From: a virus
Lineage: Duplodnaviria; Heunggongvirae; Uroviricota; Caudoviricetes
Strand: one strand, 5' to 3'
Length of the DNA: 64,000 bases
Virus record (IMG/VR): IMGVR_UViG_3300045988_003495
Of this stretch, positions 19,769 through 30,425 are shown in pieces. The translations under genes and the position numbers were made by a program. The notes under the pieces were generated by a model. It searched no databases and was not told where the DNA came from. It saw nothing but the letters and a program-made list of their open reading frames with translations. Numbering within the stretch: the first letter of the stretch is position 1; every line of letters starts with the position of its first letter.

Positions 19769-20017
19769 ATGTTTAACAAAAGTAAAGCTGTGAGTCATGT
19801 AGCAAAAGTTGACAGCAAGATTGAAGAACTTGAGCGCATCCTTGCAAATGCTAGAGAGTCAATAATCAAAGAAGTTGAAGCTGTTGAATCTCAAATGCAG
19901 CACCTAATGCTTAAACGTCAAGAGCTACGTGAGCATCTAGAATATATTGAAACACGAGAGCTAAAAGTTAACAGATATTTTAAGGAGTCCGAATGTTTAA
20001 CTCAAGAGAATCAGTAA
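19769..20017 (+). CDS. hypothetical coiled-coil protein
   Basis: ATG at 19769 preceded by gagagaa RBS. Confidence 0.4.
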   Translation: MFNKSKAVSHVAKVDSKIEELERILANARESIIKEVEAVESQMQHLMLKRQELREHLEYIETRELKVNRYFKESECLTQENQ

Positions 20018-20748
20018 AAAACTGGAACCTTCGTTGTGGAAACACTCAAAAGCAACCTTACAGTAATGAGTATTGGGAATCTTTAAAATCTCAATCTCTG
20101 TGTATGCTTGAAGAAGCAAAAGAGCTTGTAAAAGCAATTGAAGAGAAAGACCCCATTGAGACACTGGATGCTCAGGCAGATTTACAATATGTTCTTGACG
20201 GTTTGATTTACCTGTCACAACATGACCATAACGGTGCTATGGAAGCTGTTTGCCATAATAATGACCTGAAGTACACAGATGACTATGAAGAAGCTTTAAA
20301 ACGTCTTGCAGACATTGAAAAGCGTACTGGTCAAGAGTGTGTTATCAGAATGTCAGTAGTTGATGGTAAAGAGTGGTATGCGATTGTCCGTGCAGCCGAT
20401 GGGAAGATTATGAAGCAATCAAATCTCCCTAAAGTACAGCTTGGTGAATACATTGTAGAACTTGAAAGCCAAGAACTTTTTGTGGTAGTATCTGAGACAT
20501 GCGTTATCTGCAAAGGTATTGTAGGTAGCTTAAAGGATTTGGGTGTAGATGGTTTTGTAGAAGTTAATCCAATTACCTCTAAAGCAGATAAAGATTTCTG
20601 TAAAGAGAATGGACTATGGATTGCAGATATTATCTACTATGATGGTGAGCAGTTCCATGTAACCTCATACCCGAAACTGAATTATGATGCTAATAACCTG
20701 AAGTGTTGGTTAAAAGGGGTTGGTTATAATGGATTCACAGAACATTAA
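19993..20748 (+). CDS. MazG-like nucleotide pyrophosphohydrolase domain protein
   Basis: N-terminal helical segment EEAKELVKAIEEKDPIETLDAQADLQYVLDGLIYL resembles the all-alpha NTP-PPase fold; C-terminal domain unknown. Confidence 0.4.
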   Translation: MFNSRESVKNWNLRCGNTQKQPYSNEYWESLKSQSLCMLEEAKELVKAIEEKDPIETLDAQADLQYVLDGLIYLSQHDHNGAMEAVCHNNDLKYTDDYEEALKRLADIEKRTGQECVIRMSVVDGKEWYAIVRAADGKIMKQSNLPKVQLGEYIVELESQELFVVVSETCVICKGIVGSLKDLGVDGFVEVNPITSKADKDFCKENGLWIADIIYYDGEQFHVTSYPKLNYDANNLKCWLKGVGYNGFTEH

Positions 20749-21052
20749 TAAAGAGGGTGTGGCTCAGAAGAGCCACTTCTCAAACTACAATATTTCTATG
20801 ACGGTGTTTATGAATGACCCGTTACTAGAAAAGTATGGTGAGACTCCAGATACACTTCTGGACAATGAACAAGTTTTAAAAGCAGTCCTGTACAAATATG
20901 GGATTGATATTGAGAAAGAATATTCTTTTGAAATCTGCCAACACAGGAATACTTTCGGTAAAGTTGTGATGGCTCCGCTCTTTATGGGTGTAGAAAGGAC
21001 TGACTACGGTTGGTTATATCTAAAAAGAAACTTGGAGAAATACCGTGTCTAA
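20720..21052 (+). CDS. hypothetical protein
   Basis: 110-aa ORF. Confidence 0.4.
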   Translation: MVIMDSQNINKEGVAQKSHFSNYNISMTVFMNDPLLEKYGETPDTLLDNEQVLKAVLYKYGIDIEKEYSFEICQHRNTFGKVVMAPLFMGVERTDYGWLYLKRNLEKYRV

Positions 21053-21383
21053 AGCAAAAAAGCTATCTTATGATGACATTATCTCAGGTGCTAAGTTAGG
21101 TGTTGACAGCATCGGACAAGACGTTAAGCACGGAGACACAGTTATGTACTGTGATGACCGAAGAGGGAGAAGTGCAATCTTGTTTGGAAGAATTGTTTGC
21201 AAGATGCGAGGTAATTACGTTGTTGCAGACATGGATGTGAACGTTACACAAAAACTTGAAACAATTATGGATGATAATACATCATCATGGTTCTCCCTGA
21301 ACTGTATGCACACTTCTTCAGTCACAAAAGTAAGTGATAAGTTTTACGATATGTGGCAGAATGAGCAAATTTTCAAGATTTAA
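21045..21383 (+). CDS. hypothetical protein
   Basis: 112-aa ORF followed by terminator. Confidence 0.4.
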   Translation: MSKAKKLSYDDIISGAKLGVDSIGQDVKHGDTVMYCDDRRGRSAILFGRIVCKMRGNYVVADMDVNVTQKLETIMDDNTSSWFSLNCMHTSSVTKVSDKFYDMWQNEQIFKI

Positions 21384-21387
21384 ACTA

Positions 21388-21412
21388 GGGAGCCTCTTCG
21401 GAGGCTCTTTTC
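21388..21412 (+). terminator. rho-independent terminator
   Basis: gagcctc-ttcg-gaggctc followed by tttt. Confidence 0.6.
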
Positions 21413-21429
21413 ATCTGTAGGATTCAAAA

Positions 21430-23664
21430 ATGATTAAGACAATTAAAAAATCAAACGGTACAGTAGTAAGCTTTGACCCAGAAAGATTGAATAAATGGGC
21501 ATCATGGGCAGATAAGCGTGGAATTATCTGGTCAGAAGTCACTATGGAAGCTATGAAACGTGTCTATGAAGGTTGTACCACAAAAGAGATGCACCAAGCC
21601 ATGATTGATGTTTGTGTTGATAAACAAAATCAAGAGTACTCAGATATGGCTGGACGACTGCTTTTGGGTATTATCTACAAAGAAGCATTTGGAGGCTTTA
21701 CTAAGGTTCCTACGCTGGTTACCTTCGTTAAAAATATGGAGAGAGCAGGACTTTGGGAGAAGATGGACTACTCACAGGAAGAGCTTGAATACCTGCAAGG
21801 TTACATTGTGCACTCAAAAGATATCTCTTACGGTTATGCAGTCTTGAAACAGTTCAGAGACAAGTATGGTATCCGTGATATTAAAACGGGAAGACTTTTT
21901 GAGTCACCACAATTTATGTTCATGGGTATGGCTATGAAAGCCTTTGAGAAGCAACCAAAGCACCGTAGACTGCAAGATGTTATCAAGCTGTACACTTACC
22001 TATCTGACCTGAAGATTAACGCTCCTACGCCCTATTTAAACGGGTTAAGAGCAACTAAATCAGGTTATGCGTCATGCTGTTTGATTAAGGCAAATGATAC
22101 TGCTGAGTCTCTTGGTATTGCTGCAAAGGTTGCTTATGATATGACCACAAAGCAAGCTGGTATTGGTATGCTGATGGAGACACGTACTATTGGTGATGGT
22201 ATCCGTCAAAATACGATTGAGCACATGGGTAAACTACCTTATTACAAGCTTGTACGTTCATCTGTAGAGGCAAACAAACAGAAGAGTCGTGGCGGTTCAG
22301 CTAATAACTTCTACACTGCTCTAGACCCGCAGATTGAAGATTTACTGCGTTTGAAGCACCCTACAACGGTTCCTTCTAAACGTATTAATGAGATGGACTA
22401 TTCATTCGGCACAAACGATTATTTCTGGCAGTGTGTTCAGTATGATACAGATTGGTTGCTATTCTCTTACAAAGATGCACCAAAACTCTATGACATGTTC
22501 TACACAGCATCTGCTGATGAGTTTGCTATGGCAGTTGGTCATGCAGTACATTCAGGTGTTAAGCACAGACGGGTAAAGGCTCGTGAAATTGCTAAGCTGT
22601 TTATTCAACAGCGTTATGCTACAGGTCGTGTGTATCCATTCTTCACTAACAATGCAAACACACATACACCATTTAAAGAACCATTGAAGATGTCAAATCT
22701 TTGTATGGAAATTGTATTGCCAGTGTATGGTTTTGAGAAAGAGACAGACCTTTACAGAGATGATGCTGTGAAAGAGGATGGTGAGGTGGCTCTTTGCTTC
22801 CTAGCTAGTTTGGTTGCAGGGAGAATTTCAGAAGATGAATACGCTGACGTTGCTTATTATGCTCTTGCAATGGTTGACTCCGTTATTGACCTTATGGATT
22901 ATCCGTATCCGTCGATGCGTAACCACGTTCAGAAGCGTCGTTCTGTTGGGATTGGCCTTACAAATGTGGCTCATTACCTTGCGAAGAACTACGTGAACTA
23001 CTCTTCACGAGCAGGCAAAACGAAACTTCATGAACTGGCAGAGATGCACTCTTACTATCTGCATGAAGCCTCTCTGAGACTTGCTAAAGAACGTGGCGTG
23101 CCAGAGTACATGAAGTTCACTAAGTATCCTGAAGGCTGGGTTCCTCCAAAGACAGCTAACAAGAAGATTGATGAAAAGCATGATGCAAAACTACGATATG
23201 ATTGGGATGACTTAGCACAACGTATCAAAGAAAATGGTGGAATCCGAAACTCTGTATTAGAAGCTTACATGCCTAATGAGAGTTCTTCACTGGCAACCAA
23301 TACGACAAATGGCTTGTATCCAATTCGTGACTTTATTTTAACTAAAAAGTCTGCAACTGGTAACGTACTGTTTATTGTTCCAGATTATGAAGAGTTGAAG
23401 TATGTATATGAAATTGCTTGGGGTATTGACACCTTTGACCTGATTGATTGTTATGCAATTGTTCAAAAGTTCACTGGTCAAGCTATCTCTTCAGATTTCT
23501 ATGTTGACTACGCAAAATCTAAGAAGGTATCATTGGCTCAAGCTTTGAAGTACATGATTTATGCCAACTCGGTAGGTATGAAAACCATGTACTACCTTAA
23601 CAGTCGCATTGGTGTAGGTAAATCTGCACTGCAAGATGCTTATTGCGAGGGTTGTGGTGTTTAG
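21430..23664 (+). CDS. nrdA: ribonucleoside-diphosphate reductase large subunit (class Ia)
   Basis: 744 aa; N-terminal ATP-cone-like IKKSNGTVVSFDPERL; active-site region SNLCMEIVLP. Confidence 0.9.
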   Translation: MIKTIKKSNGTVVSFDPERLNKWASWADKRGIIWSEVTMEAMKRVYEGCTTKEMHQAMIDVCVDKQNQEYSDMAGRLLLGIIYKEAFGGFTKVPTLVTFVKNMERAGLWEKMDYSQEELEYLQGYIVHSKDISYGYAVLKQFRDKYGIRDIKTGRLFESPQFMFMGMAMKAFEKQPKHRRLQDVIKLYTYLSDLKINAPTPYLNGLRATKSGYASCCLIKANDTAESLGIAAKVAYDMTTKQAGIGMLMETRTIGDGIRQNTIEHMGKLPYYKLVRSSVEANKQKSRGGSANNFYTALDPQIEDLLRLKHPTTVPSKRINEMDYSFGTNDYFWQCVQYDTDWLLFSYKDAPKLYDMFYTASADEFAMAVGHAVHSGVKHRRVKAREIAKLFIQQRYATGRVYPFFTNNANTHTPFKEPLKMSNLCMEIVLPVYGFEKETDLYRDDAVKEDGEVALCFLASLVAGRISEDEYADVAYYALAMVDSVIDLMDYPYPSMRNHVQKRRSVGIGLTNVAHYLAKNYVNYSSRAGKTKLHELAEMHSYYLHEASLRLAKERGVPEYMKFTKYPEGWVPPKTANKKIDEKHDAKLRYDWDDLAQRIKENGGIRNSVLEAYMPNESSSLATNTTNGLYPIRDFILTKKSATGNVLFIVPDYEELKYVYEIAWGIDTFDLIDCYAIVQKFTGQAISSDFYVDYAKSKKVSLAQALKYMIYANSVGMKTMYYLNSRIGVGKSALQDAYCEGCGV

Positions 23665-23719
23665 TTTTAACAATTATGAGGGTCGTAAAAGACCCTCTAA
23701 AAATAACTTTGGAGAGACC

Positions 23720-23977
23720 ATGAAAGATTTAATAGAAAAACATGAGCGACCAATATACTTGCTCTACAAACCCCGCAAAACATTGTACTATGTGAGCAGC
23801 ACAGGTATCATGATAAAGCAGAATGATGACTTATGGGTCACTGGAGCCTCTTATATCTCTACAGCAGATGGTAAAATTTACGCAAGACCTTATGAGATGT
23901 TTAACAAAGAAAATTGGGAAGTTTTAGACAGAAAACAAGCCTTAGAAATGATAAAGAAAGGAGAAATCACGCTATGA
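23720..23977 (+). CDS. hypothetical protein
   Basis: ATG with ggagaga RBS between nrdA and nrdB. Confidence 0.35.
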   Translation: MKDLIEKHERPIYLLYKPRKTLYYVSSTGIMIKQNDDLWVTGASYISTADGKIYARPYEMFNKENWEVLDRKQALEMIKKGEITL

Positions 23978-25047
23978 TTAACCAGCACCCAATCTTTTTA
24001 GGTGGTGAGAGAAAAACTTTTGACTCACTTAATAAACACTACCCAAAAATCTTTGAACTTTATAAACAACAAAAAGCACAAGACTGGTCAGAAGATGAGT
24101 TCCCTTTTGAACAATCACGTCTTGATTTTGAGAGTGTCCCAGCATCAATGTCAGGTGTAATGCTTGAGATTCTTAAGTGGCAGTGGGAAGCAGATACTCA
24201 AGTTGCTAAGAGCTTGGCATTTGCCTTTGCACCATTTATCTCTGATGACATCTATGCAACTGCAATTATGAAGCAGTCTGAGATTGAAAACCTACATGCC
24301 CTTACTTACTCAGAGATTGTAAGGCAATGTATTAAAAACCCTGAAACAATCTTAGATGAGATTAACCAGAATGTTGCTGTGCAAGACCGATTAAAAACTG
24401 TGAATCGTGTTCTTGAAGAATTACTGGATGAAGGTATAAACTATCGTCTGAGTTATGTGCGTGATTCACTTCTGGACAAAGACCCTTTACACTTCCATAA
24501 AGTGATTCTGAAAGGGCTGTTTGCAGTGACTGCACTTGAAGGTATATCTTTTATGGCATCCTTTGCATGTACTTTTGCACTTGATGCTCAAGATAAATTT
24601 CAGGGTATTGCTCAAGCTGTGCAGAAGATTATGCTTGATGAAATCCTTCACACTAAAATTGATATTGAAGTTTTAAAAGAAACTTTAAGAGATGATGAGT
24701 GGCAGAAAGCTTTTCAACAAATTCTTCCAGAGATTAAAGTAATCTTAGATGAAGTAGTTGAAAGTGAAGAGAAATGGTCGTATTATATCTTCTCCGAAGG
24801 ACGTGCTGTAGTTGGCTTAAATACAAAGCTTCTTCATGAGTGGGTTTACTATAATGCTGCCCCACTGTATGATATGTTTGGCATTCCCAGAGATTTTGTA
24901 GCTCCTAAAGAACCACCTTTGAAGTATATGATTAAGAAGATGGAAATTGATAAAGAGCAGAATGCTAATCAGGAGCAACAGAACGGTGCGTACCTATTGA
25001 ATACTGTTGTAGATGATTTGAATAGTGGATTTTTAGAGGTTCCTTAA
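23974..25047 (+). CDS. nrdB: ribonucleoside-diphosphate reductase small subunit
   Basis: about 357 aa from ATG at 23974 (RBS aaaggag); helical ferritin-like protein directly after nrdA. Confidence 0.8.
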   Translation: MINQHPIFLGGERKTFDSLNKHYPKIFELYKQQKAQDWSEDEFPFEQSRLDFESVPASMSGVMLEILKWQWEADTQVAKSLAFAFAPFISDDIYATAIMKQSEIENLHALTYSEIVRQCIKNPETILDEINQNVAVQDRLKTVNRVLEELLDEGINYRLSYVRDSLLDKDPLHFHKVILKGLFAVTALEGISFMASFACTFALDAQDKFQGIAQAVQKIMLDEILHTKIDIEVLKETLRDDEWQKAFQQILPEIKVILDEVVESEEKWSYYIFSEGRAVVGLNTKLLHEWVYYNAAPLYDMFGIPRDFVAPKEPPLKYMIKKMEIDKEQNANQEQQNGAYLLNTVVDDLNSGFLEVP

Positions 25048-25289
25048 TGACTTATGTAATTTACTCCAAAACTGGATGCCCTCAGTGCGAGACTGCAAAG
25101 AATTTTGCAAAAGCTCGTGGTATTGACCATGTTGTGAGAATGTTAGGGCAGGACTATGAACTATCAGACCTGATTGATATTGCACAGATGCCAGTTCGTC
25201 AGATGCCATTCATCATGAAAACTGATGGGCAAAACCTAAAACCTGTTGGTACGCTACAGAATTTTATGGCAGAGGTGAATAATGCTTAA
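25047..25289 (+). CDS. glutaredoxin/NrdH-like redoxin
   Basis: 80 aa with CPQC active site near N-terminus. Confidence 0.7.
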   Translation: MTYVIYSKTGCPQCETAKNFAKARGIDHVVRMLGQDYELSDLIDIAQMPVRQMPFIMKTDGQNLKPVGTLQNFMAEVNNA

Positions 25290-25488
25290 ACGCATTTGGG
25301 AAGGTTTGGTTGTTGATGCACCAGCTATTGTGATTGGTATGCTTATCGTTAACCTATTTACTGACTTTGAACAAGGTTCATTGTTTGGAGCCATGTTACT
25401 ATGGGTTATCTTCGAAATATTAGAGATACAGTTAGGTATCACTGAAAAACTAAGAGAACTCTTTGCAAAGTTTTCTAAAAAGATTTAA
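25282..25488 (+). CDS. small membrane protein (hypothetical)
   Basis: two hydrophobic segments. Confidence 0.35.
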   Translation: MLKRIWEGLVVDAPAIVIGMLIVNLFTDFEQGSLFGAMLLWVIFEILEIQLGITEKLRELFAKFSKKI

Positions 25489-25495
25489 AATGAAA

Positions 25496-25517
25496 GGGTC
25501 TCTTCGGAGACCTTTTT
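25496..25517 (+). terminator. rho-independent terminator
   Basis: gggtctc-ttcg-gagacc followed by ttttt. Confidence 0.6.
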
Positions 25518-25536
25518 AGCATGTAAAGGGGCAATA

Positions 25537-27681
25537 ATGAACAAAGTACAGATTATTAAAAAGAATGGCTCACTTGAAGAACCTGATATCAAAAAAGTTT
25601 TAGCAGCAGTCACAAAGTCAGCTAACAGAGTTGGTTATAAAGAGCTTCCACCAGATGTTACTCAAGCTCTTGAGTCAGCATTTATGAGGATTCTGGTAAA
25701 GTCCACTAAGCAGAATAATTTGCTAATTTCGGTAAATGATATTCACAGTATTGTTGAGGGTGCTTTGGCAGAAGTCAATCACGAGATTTATGAGTCTTAC
25801 TCAACATACAGAAATTACCGTAAAGAGGTTGCTCAAAATTGGGATGAACTCTACCAGAAGACTAAGGATACCCTCTTCTTAGGTGACCGTGAAAATGCTA
25901 ACTTTGACAGCAGTTTAATTTCTACGAAAGGTTCAATTATCCGTGGTTACCTGACTAAAGAAATCTTTAAACAGTATCATCTAACACCAGAGGAACTTGA
26001 AGCCATTGAGAAAGGCTTTATCTATATCCACGATTTGAGAGACCTGATTTTTGGTGGTATTAACTGTTGCCTGTTTGACATTGGTAAAGTACTAAAAGGT
26101 GGCTTTGAAATGTCCGGCATTGAGTACTGTGAACCTAAATCTGTACTGTCAGCGTTGCAGGTTATTGGTGACGTAGTACTTTCAGCAACTGCACAGCAAT
26201 TTGGTGGTTTTACTTTAGCAGAGATTGATAAGGTACTTGTACCGTATGCTAAGAAGTCTCTACGCTATCATGCTGAGAAAGCATCATCTTATGGTATTCC
26301 TAAAGAGCATTACCACAATTATGTAATGGAGCAGTTACAAATTGAACTGACTCAAGGTTTTCAGTCACTTGAGATGAAACTAAATACCGTACCTTGTAGC
26401 CGTGGTGATTTTGCATTCACAACTTTAACATTTGGTTTACTTGACTCAGATATGTCTAATGAGGATAATCGACTACAATACATGATTGCAAGTACTCTCC
26501 TAGATGTTCGTATGAATGGACAAGGTAAGAGCAAAAAACCTGTTGTATTCCCTAAACTGGTTTATATTTATGACCAGAAGAGACATGATGAAAATATCTG
26601 TCAAGGTCACCTGTACAGTAAAGCCATCGAGTGTTGCTCTAAAGCAATGTACCCAGATTTCTTAAGTGTGTCTGGTCATGGTGCTGTAGCAGAGGCTTTT
26701 GAGCGTTCTGGTAAGGTAATTTCACCGATGGGTTGCAGAGCCTTCTTATCTCCATATTTTAATGAGGATGGGAAAGAGTTTTACGTTGGTCGTGCTAACA
26801 TTGGTGCTGTATCTTTGAACTTACCTATGATTTATCAGTACGCCAAAGAGAATGGTTTAGATTTCTGGAAAGAGCTTGATAAGTACCTAGAGATGATTCG
26901 CAGCTTCCACAAGAAACGCTACGAAATGATTGCTAATATGCCAGCAAGTTCTAACCCTCTCGCATTCACACAGGGTGGTCTGTACAAAGGGAATAAGAAA
27001 CCTACTGATAAGGTTGGCTGGGATATCGTGAAGTCCTTCACAGCTTCTTTTGGGGTTACTGCGCTTGATGAATTATCTGTTCTTGCTGAAGGTAAACGAC
27101 TTCATGAAGTTGGAAGTTGTAGTTTTGCATACGATGTTCTGGAATACATCAACATGAAAACTGAAGAGTTTAAAAATGAAGATGGTTTCTTATATGCAGT
27201 CTATGGCACTCCAGCAGAATCACTTTGTGGAACTCAGCTAAAACAGTTCAGAGATATGTTTGGAGTTATCAAAGGTGTTTCTGATAAGGAATACTTTACA
27301 AACAGCTTCCATATGAATGTTGCAGCAGACATCACACCATTTGAGAAGCAGGACTTAGAAGAACCTTTCTTCCATATCTGTAGAGGTGGCAGAATCCAGT
27401 ATGTAAGGGTAGCTAATCCAGAAAACTTACCAGCACTTAAAAGCTGTATTACCAGAGGGATGTTGAAGGGTTTTTATCAGGGGCTTAACTTTGACTTAGC
27501 AATCTGTGAACATTGTGGTAACAGACCAAAGGCTGATGTTGAAGAATGTGAGGTTTGCCATTCACACGACATCTCTGTGATTAACAGGGTGTGCGGGTAC
27601 TTGTCATTCACAAAAATTAAAGGTCAGTCTCGAATGAATGACGCTAAGATGGCAGAAATCAAGGATAGGGTTTCTATGTAG
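25537..27681 (+). CDS. nrdD: anaerobic ribonucleoside-triphosphate reductase
   Basis: 714 aa; C-terminal zinc ribbon CEHCGN...CEVCHSHD and glycyl-radical motif RVCGYLS. Confidence 0.9.
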   Translation: MNKVQIIKKNGSLEEPDIKKVLAAVTKSANRVGYKELPPDVTQALESAFMRILVKSTKQNNLLISVNDIHSIVEGALAEVNHEIYESYSTYRNYRKEVAQNWDELYQKTKDTLFLGDRENANFDSSLISTKGSIIRGYLTKEIFKQYHLTPEELEAIEKGFIYIHDLRDLIFGGINCCLFDIGKVLKGGFEMSGIEYCEPKSVLSALQVIGDVVLSATAQQFGGFTLAEIDKVLVPYAKKSLRYHAEKASSYGIPKEHYHNYVMEQLQIELTQGFQSLEMKLNTVPCSRGDFAFTTLTFGLLDSDMSNEDNRLQYMIASTLLDVRMNGQGKSKKPVVFPKLVYIYDQKRHDENICQGHLYSKAIECCSKAMYPDFLSVSGHGAVAEAFERSGKVISPMGCRAFLSPYFNEDGKEFYVGRANIGAVSLNLPMIYQYAKENGLDFWKELDKYLEMIRSFHKKRYEMIANMPASSNPLAFTQGGLYKGNKKPTDKVGWDIVKSFTASFGVTALDELSVLAEGKRLHEVGSCSFAYDVLEYINMKTEEFKNEDGFLYAVYGTPAESLCGTQLKQFRDMFGVIKGVSDKEYFTNSFHMNVAADITPFEKQDLEEPFFHICRGGRIQYVRVANPENLPALKSCITRGMLKGFYQGLNFDLAICEHCGNRPKADVEECEVCHSHDISVINRVCGYLSFTKIKGQSRMNDAKMAEIKDRVSM

Positions 27682-27688
27682 CATACAA

Positions 27689-28246
27689 ATGAATTACGAA
27701 CTGATATATAATGCAATTATTAAGAAGGCACATTCTGAAAGGGGTGTGCCTCTTACATACTACAAATGTCAAGGTAAGGGTTATGAAAGACACCATATCA
27801 TACCAGTATGTCTAGGTGGCGATAAAATTAGTGGAGATAATATTGCTTTACTTACACCTAGAGAGCATTATATAGCTCATAAATTACTGGTTAAGATGTA
27901 TCCAAACAATCATAAGTTATGGTTTGCATGGAACAGGTTAGCTCATGATGGCCTAGATAGGAAAATATCATCCAGAGACTATGAAAAGGTAAGGGCTTTG
28001 AACTCGAAAGCTCTATCTATTGTGAATAAAGGTAGGGTTTTCACTGAAGAACATCGAAGACGATTAGGAGAATCTCAAATAGGCAATACAAAATCAAAAG
28101 GTTGTAAAAGGTCTATAGAAACAAGGAAGAAGATGTCAGAAGCCGGAAAAAAGCCAAAGAAAAAGAAAACTTGCCCTCATTGTGGTATGACTGGTGGTGC
28201 TGGTAACATGACTCGATACCATTTTGACAATTGTAAGGAAAAATAA
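27689..28246 (+). CDS. HNH endonuclease
   Basis: HHIIPVCLGGDKISGDNIALLTPREHYIAHKL HNH core; C-terminal CPHCG...C zinc finger; lies between nrdD and nrdG. Confidence 0.65.
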   Translation: MNYELIYNAIIKKAHSERGVPLTYYKCQGKGYERHHIIPVCLGGDKISGDNIALLTPREHYIAHKLLVKMYPNNHKLWFAWNRLAHDGLDRKISSRDYEKVRALNSKALSIVNKGRVFTEEHRRRLGESQIGNTKSKGCKRSIETRKKMSEAGKKPKKKKTCPHCGMTGGAGNMTRYHFDNCKEK

Positions 28247-28319
28247 CCTTATGTAAAAACTTGACAAGGTGGTGTGGGTCTTGATAGGCTTACATCACCT
28301 TTTTATTTGGAGTTACATT

Positions 28320-28655
28320 ATGGACTTGTGGCTTTATGTAGCAGTTTGTGGGATTGTATGTCTGATAATCTTATTTATTCTTGGAATAATGCGATTTAGA
28401 GACATCATACAGTCAGATTTTTTGCCTGAGTTTGCCATGATAGTTGGAGTTATTACACTTTGTGTCTTGGCGGTGTTCTATTCATACAAAACTGTGATAT
28501 GGATGAAGTCAAACAATTGTGTAAAAACTCATCAACATCGTGAGGTTACTTATTTTGTGAGTGTACTTAGTGGGAACACCACTGTACTTGTCCCACAAAC
28601 TTCTGTAGAGTATATTTACACATGTGATAATGGTAAAACTGTATGGTGGAATTAA
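28320..28655 (+). CDS. membrane protein (hypothetical)
   Basis: two TM segments after ATG at 28320 (RBS ggag). Confidence 0.4.
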   Translation: MDLWLYVAVCGIVCLIILFILGIMRFRDIIQSDFLPEFAMIVGVITLCVLAVFYSYKTVIWMKSNNCVKTHQHREVTYFVSVLSGNTTVLVPQTSVEYIYTCDNGKTVWWN

Positions 28656-28657
28656 CA

Positions 28658-28858
28658 ATGGCAACACTCTTAAAGGTATTGACACCCACACTACACATAG
28701 TAATTTTCTTCTTTGGGGTTAGTGTTATGGTATGGGGTTTTTCTGACCCACAATGGGGTTTCTCATATCATGGTCAGATGGATTTATGGTCATGCTTCAA
28801 ACCATTTTTAGGTTTAGCTATAGCATTCAGTGCATTACCAACTAAGGTGAAATTATGA
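28658..28858 (+). CDS. small membrane protein (hypothetical)
   Basis: hydrophobic segment HIVIFFFGVSVMVWGF. Confidence 0.35.
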   Translation: MATLLKVLTPTLHIVIFFFGVSVMVWGFSDPQWGFSYHGQMDLWSCFKPFLGLAIAFSALPTKVKL

Positions 28859-29250
28859 TTAAGTTAAATCAAAAACAGTTAGAGTGGATTAAAGACTATG
28901 CCTCAGAGTGTGGCTCTTGTGAAAAGAATCACGTAAGGTACTCAACATTCCATACAGCCTTTACATTATATCTCAGCGAAAACGTTCTAGCTGATTCTGT
29001 AGAAGATGGTGTGTCATTACCTAATGAGTTACTTGATAAATTAGCTGTAGTTACTGGAACTTGGTCTGAAGAAGATGGTCATGAGTTATCTGATGATGTT
29101 GTCTTCTACAGTCTTGAAAACATTATGAATCCAGAGTATATTGCACTAATGACCTGTGCACAAGACTGTGTAATCTTGCAGGATTTCATCAAGAAACACT
29201 GCGAAGAGTTTATTACTAAACAGGTTCCTTGTCAGGTGGTGTTTGAATGA
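28855..29250 (+). CDS. hypothetical protein
   Basis: 131-aa ORF. Confidence 0.45.
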   Translation: MIKLNQKQLEWIKDYASECGSCEKNHVRYSTFHTAFTLYLSENVLADSVEDGVSLPNELLDKLAVVTGTWSEEDGHELSDDVVFYSLENIMNPEYIALMTCAQDCVILQDFIKKHCEEFITKQVPCQVVFE

Positions 29251-29546
29251 GTAAAACAATTCGAAGAAAAGGTTTAAAGAACGTTCATGGACTCTACGAG
29301 TGGAGAAATGAGGTACGTAACAGAGAAAATGCTTCAGATGTCTACTTCCATTCTGATATGATGTCCAGAAAAGGTGGCTCTTACGACTTCACAAGCCAGC
29401 CTTGTAGAGAGATTAAGAAGGCCACTAAACGTCTTACAAGAACACAAATAAGGCAGCTTTCTAAGACATCCTTCTTAGATGAAGATTTTGATATTGATAG
29501 CAAGTCTCCAAAGAAAGCCGCTAAGAACACTTATATGTATTGGTGA
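29247..29546 (+). CDS. hypothetical protein
   Basis: 99-aa ORF. Confidence 0.4.
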   Translation: MSKTIRRKGLKNVHGLYEWRNEVRNRENASDVYFHSDMMSRKGGSYDFTSQPCREIKKATKRLTRTQIRQLSKTSFLDEDFDIDSKSPKKAAKNTYMYW

Positions 29547-29555
29547 GGTAACTAG

Positions 29556-30011
29556 ATGAATTACATGGAGATTCGACCATTTGATACAGCTAATGGTGAA
29601 GGGGTTCGTGTAAGCCTCTTCGTAGCTGGCTGCAAACATCACTGTGAAGGCTGCTTTAACAGGGAGTCTTGGAAGTTTAATGCTGGTAAAGTATTTACTT
29701 ATGCAAACCTTTACGGAATCATTCAGCTAATGAATGATAACGCTATCAGTGGGCTGTCAATACTTGGTGGGGAGCCTCTGGATGATAGAAATATTCAAGA
29801 GGTCACCAACATATGCAAGCGTATTAAAACTGTTTATCCAGAAAAGTCTATCTGGCTCTGGACAGGTTTTCAGTTACACGAAAAAATTCACCTAGATGTG
29901 ATGAAATATGTTGACGTGGTGATTGATGGTAAGTATGATTCATCTAAACCAACAGTTAAACCATATCGTGGTTCTGATAACCAAAACCTCTGGAGAAAAG
30001 AGTATGGGTGA
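29556..30011 (+). CDS. nrdG: anaerobic ribonucleotide reductase activating protein (radical SAM)
   Basis: 151 aa; N-terminal FDTANGEGVRVSLFVAGCKHHCEGCFN radical-SAM cysteine cluster. Confidence 0.8.
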   Translation: MNYMEIRPFDTANGEGVRVSLFVAGCKHHCEGCFNRESWKFNAGKVFTYANLYGIIQLMNDNAISGLSILGGEPLDDRNIQEVTNICKRIKTVYPEKSIWLWTGFQLHEKIHLDVMKYVDVVIDGKYDSSKPTVKPYRGSDNQNLWRKEYG

Positions 30012-30165
30012 CAAGGTGATTGTCAGTGGAGAGCCGAGTAAATCTCGTCGTAAAATAGGTTATCGGTAAAGGACACTTTACAATGTTCTACAGAACAAAC
30101 TTAACCGTTTGTGTCACTGAAAAAGAACTTAAAACATTTTGTGAAAAGATTGAGAGAGATATGAA

Positions 30166-30414
30166 ATGGGACTCTGGAATAGTTTTAAATCAAAAGTAAA
30201 AGCAGCACTAGCTTCATTAGGTATGCTCACTGGTGTTGATGTGACTCACCTTATGCAGAACTTCAAGATGGACGAGAAGCTGGCTAATGAGATTATGAAA
30301 AGTATCTATGTAGGCCGTGGAAAAGGTGGTAAAAAACAAGCACATCGACCAACTGGTGCAGCAGCAATTAAACGTGCAGCTAAGAAAGCTCGTAACCGTA
30401 AACGCAATAAGTAA
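30166..30414 (+). CDS. hypothetical basic protein
   Basis: Lys/Arg-rich C-terminus. Confidence 0.4.
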   Translation: MGLWNSFKSKVKAALASLGMLTGVDVTHLMQNFKMDEKLANEIMKSIYVGRGKGGKKQAHRPTGAAAIKRAAKKARNRKRNK

Positions 30415-30425
30415 GGATAACCAAA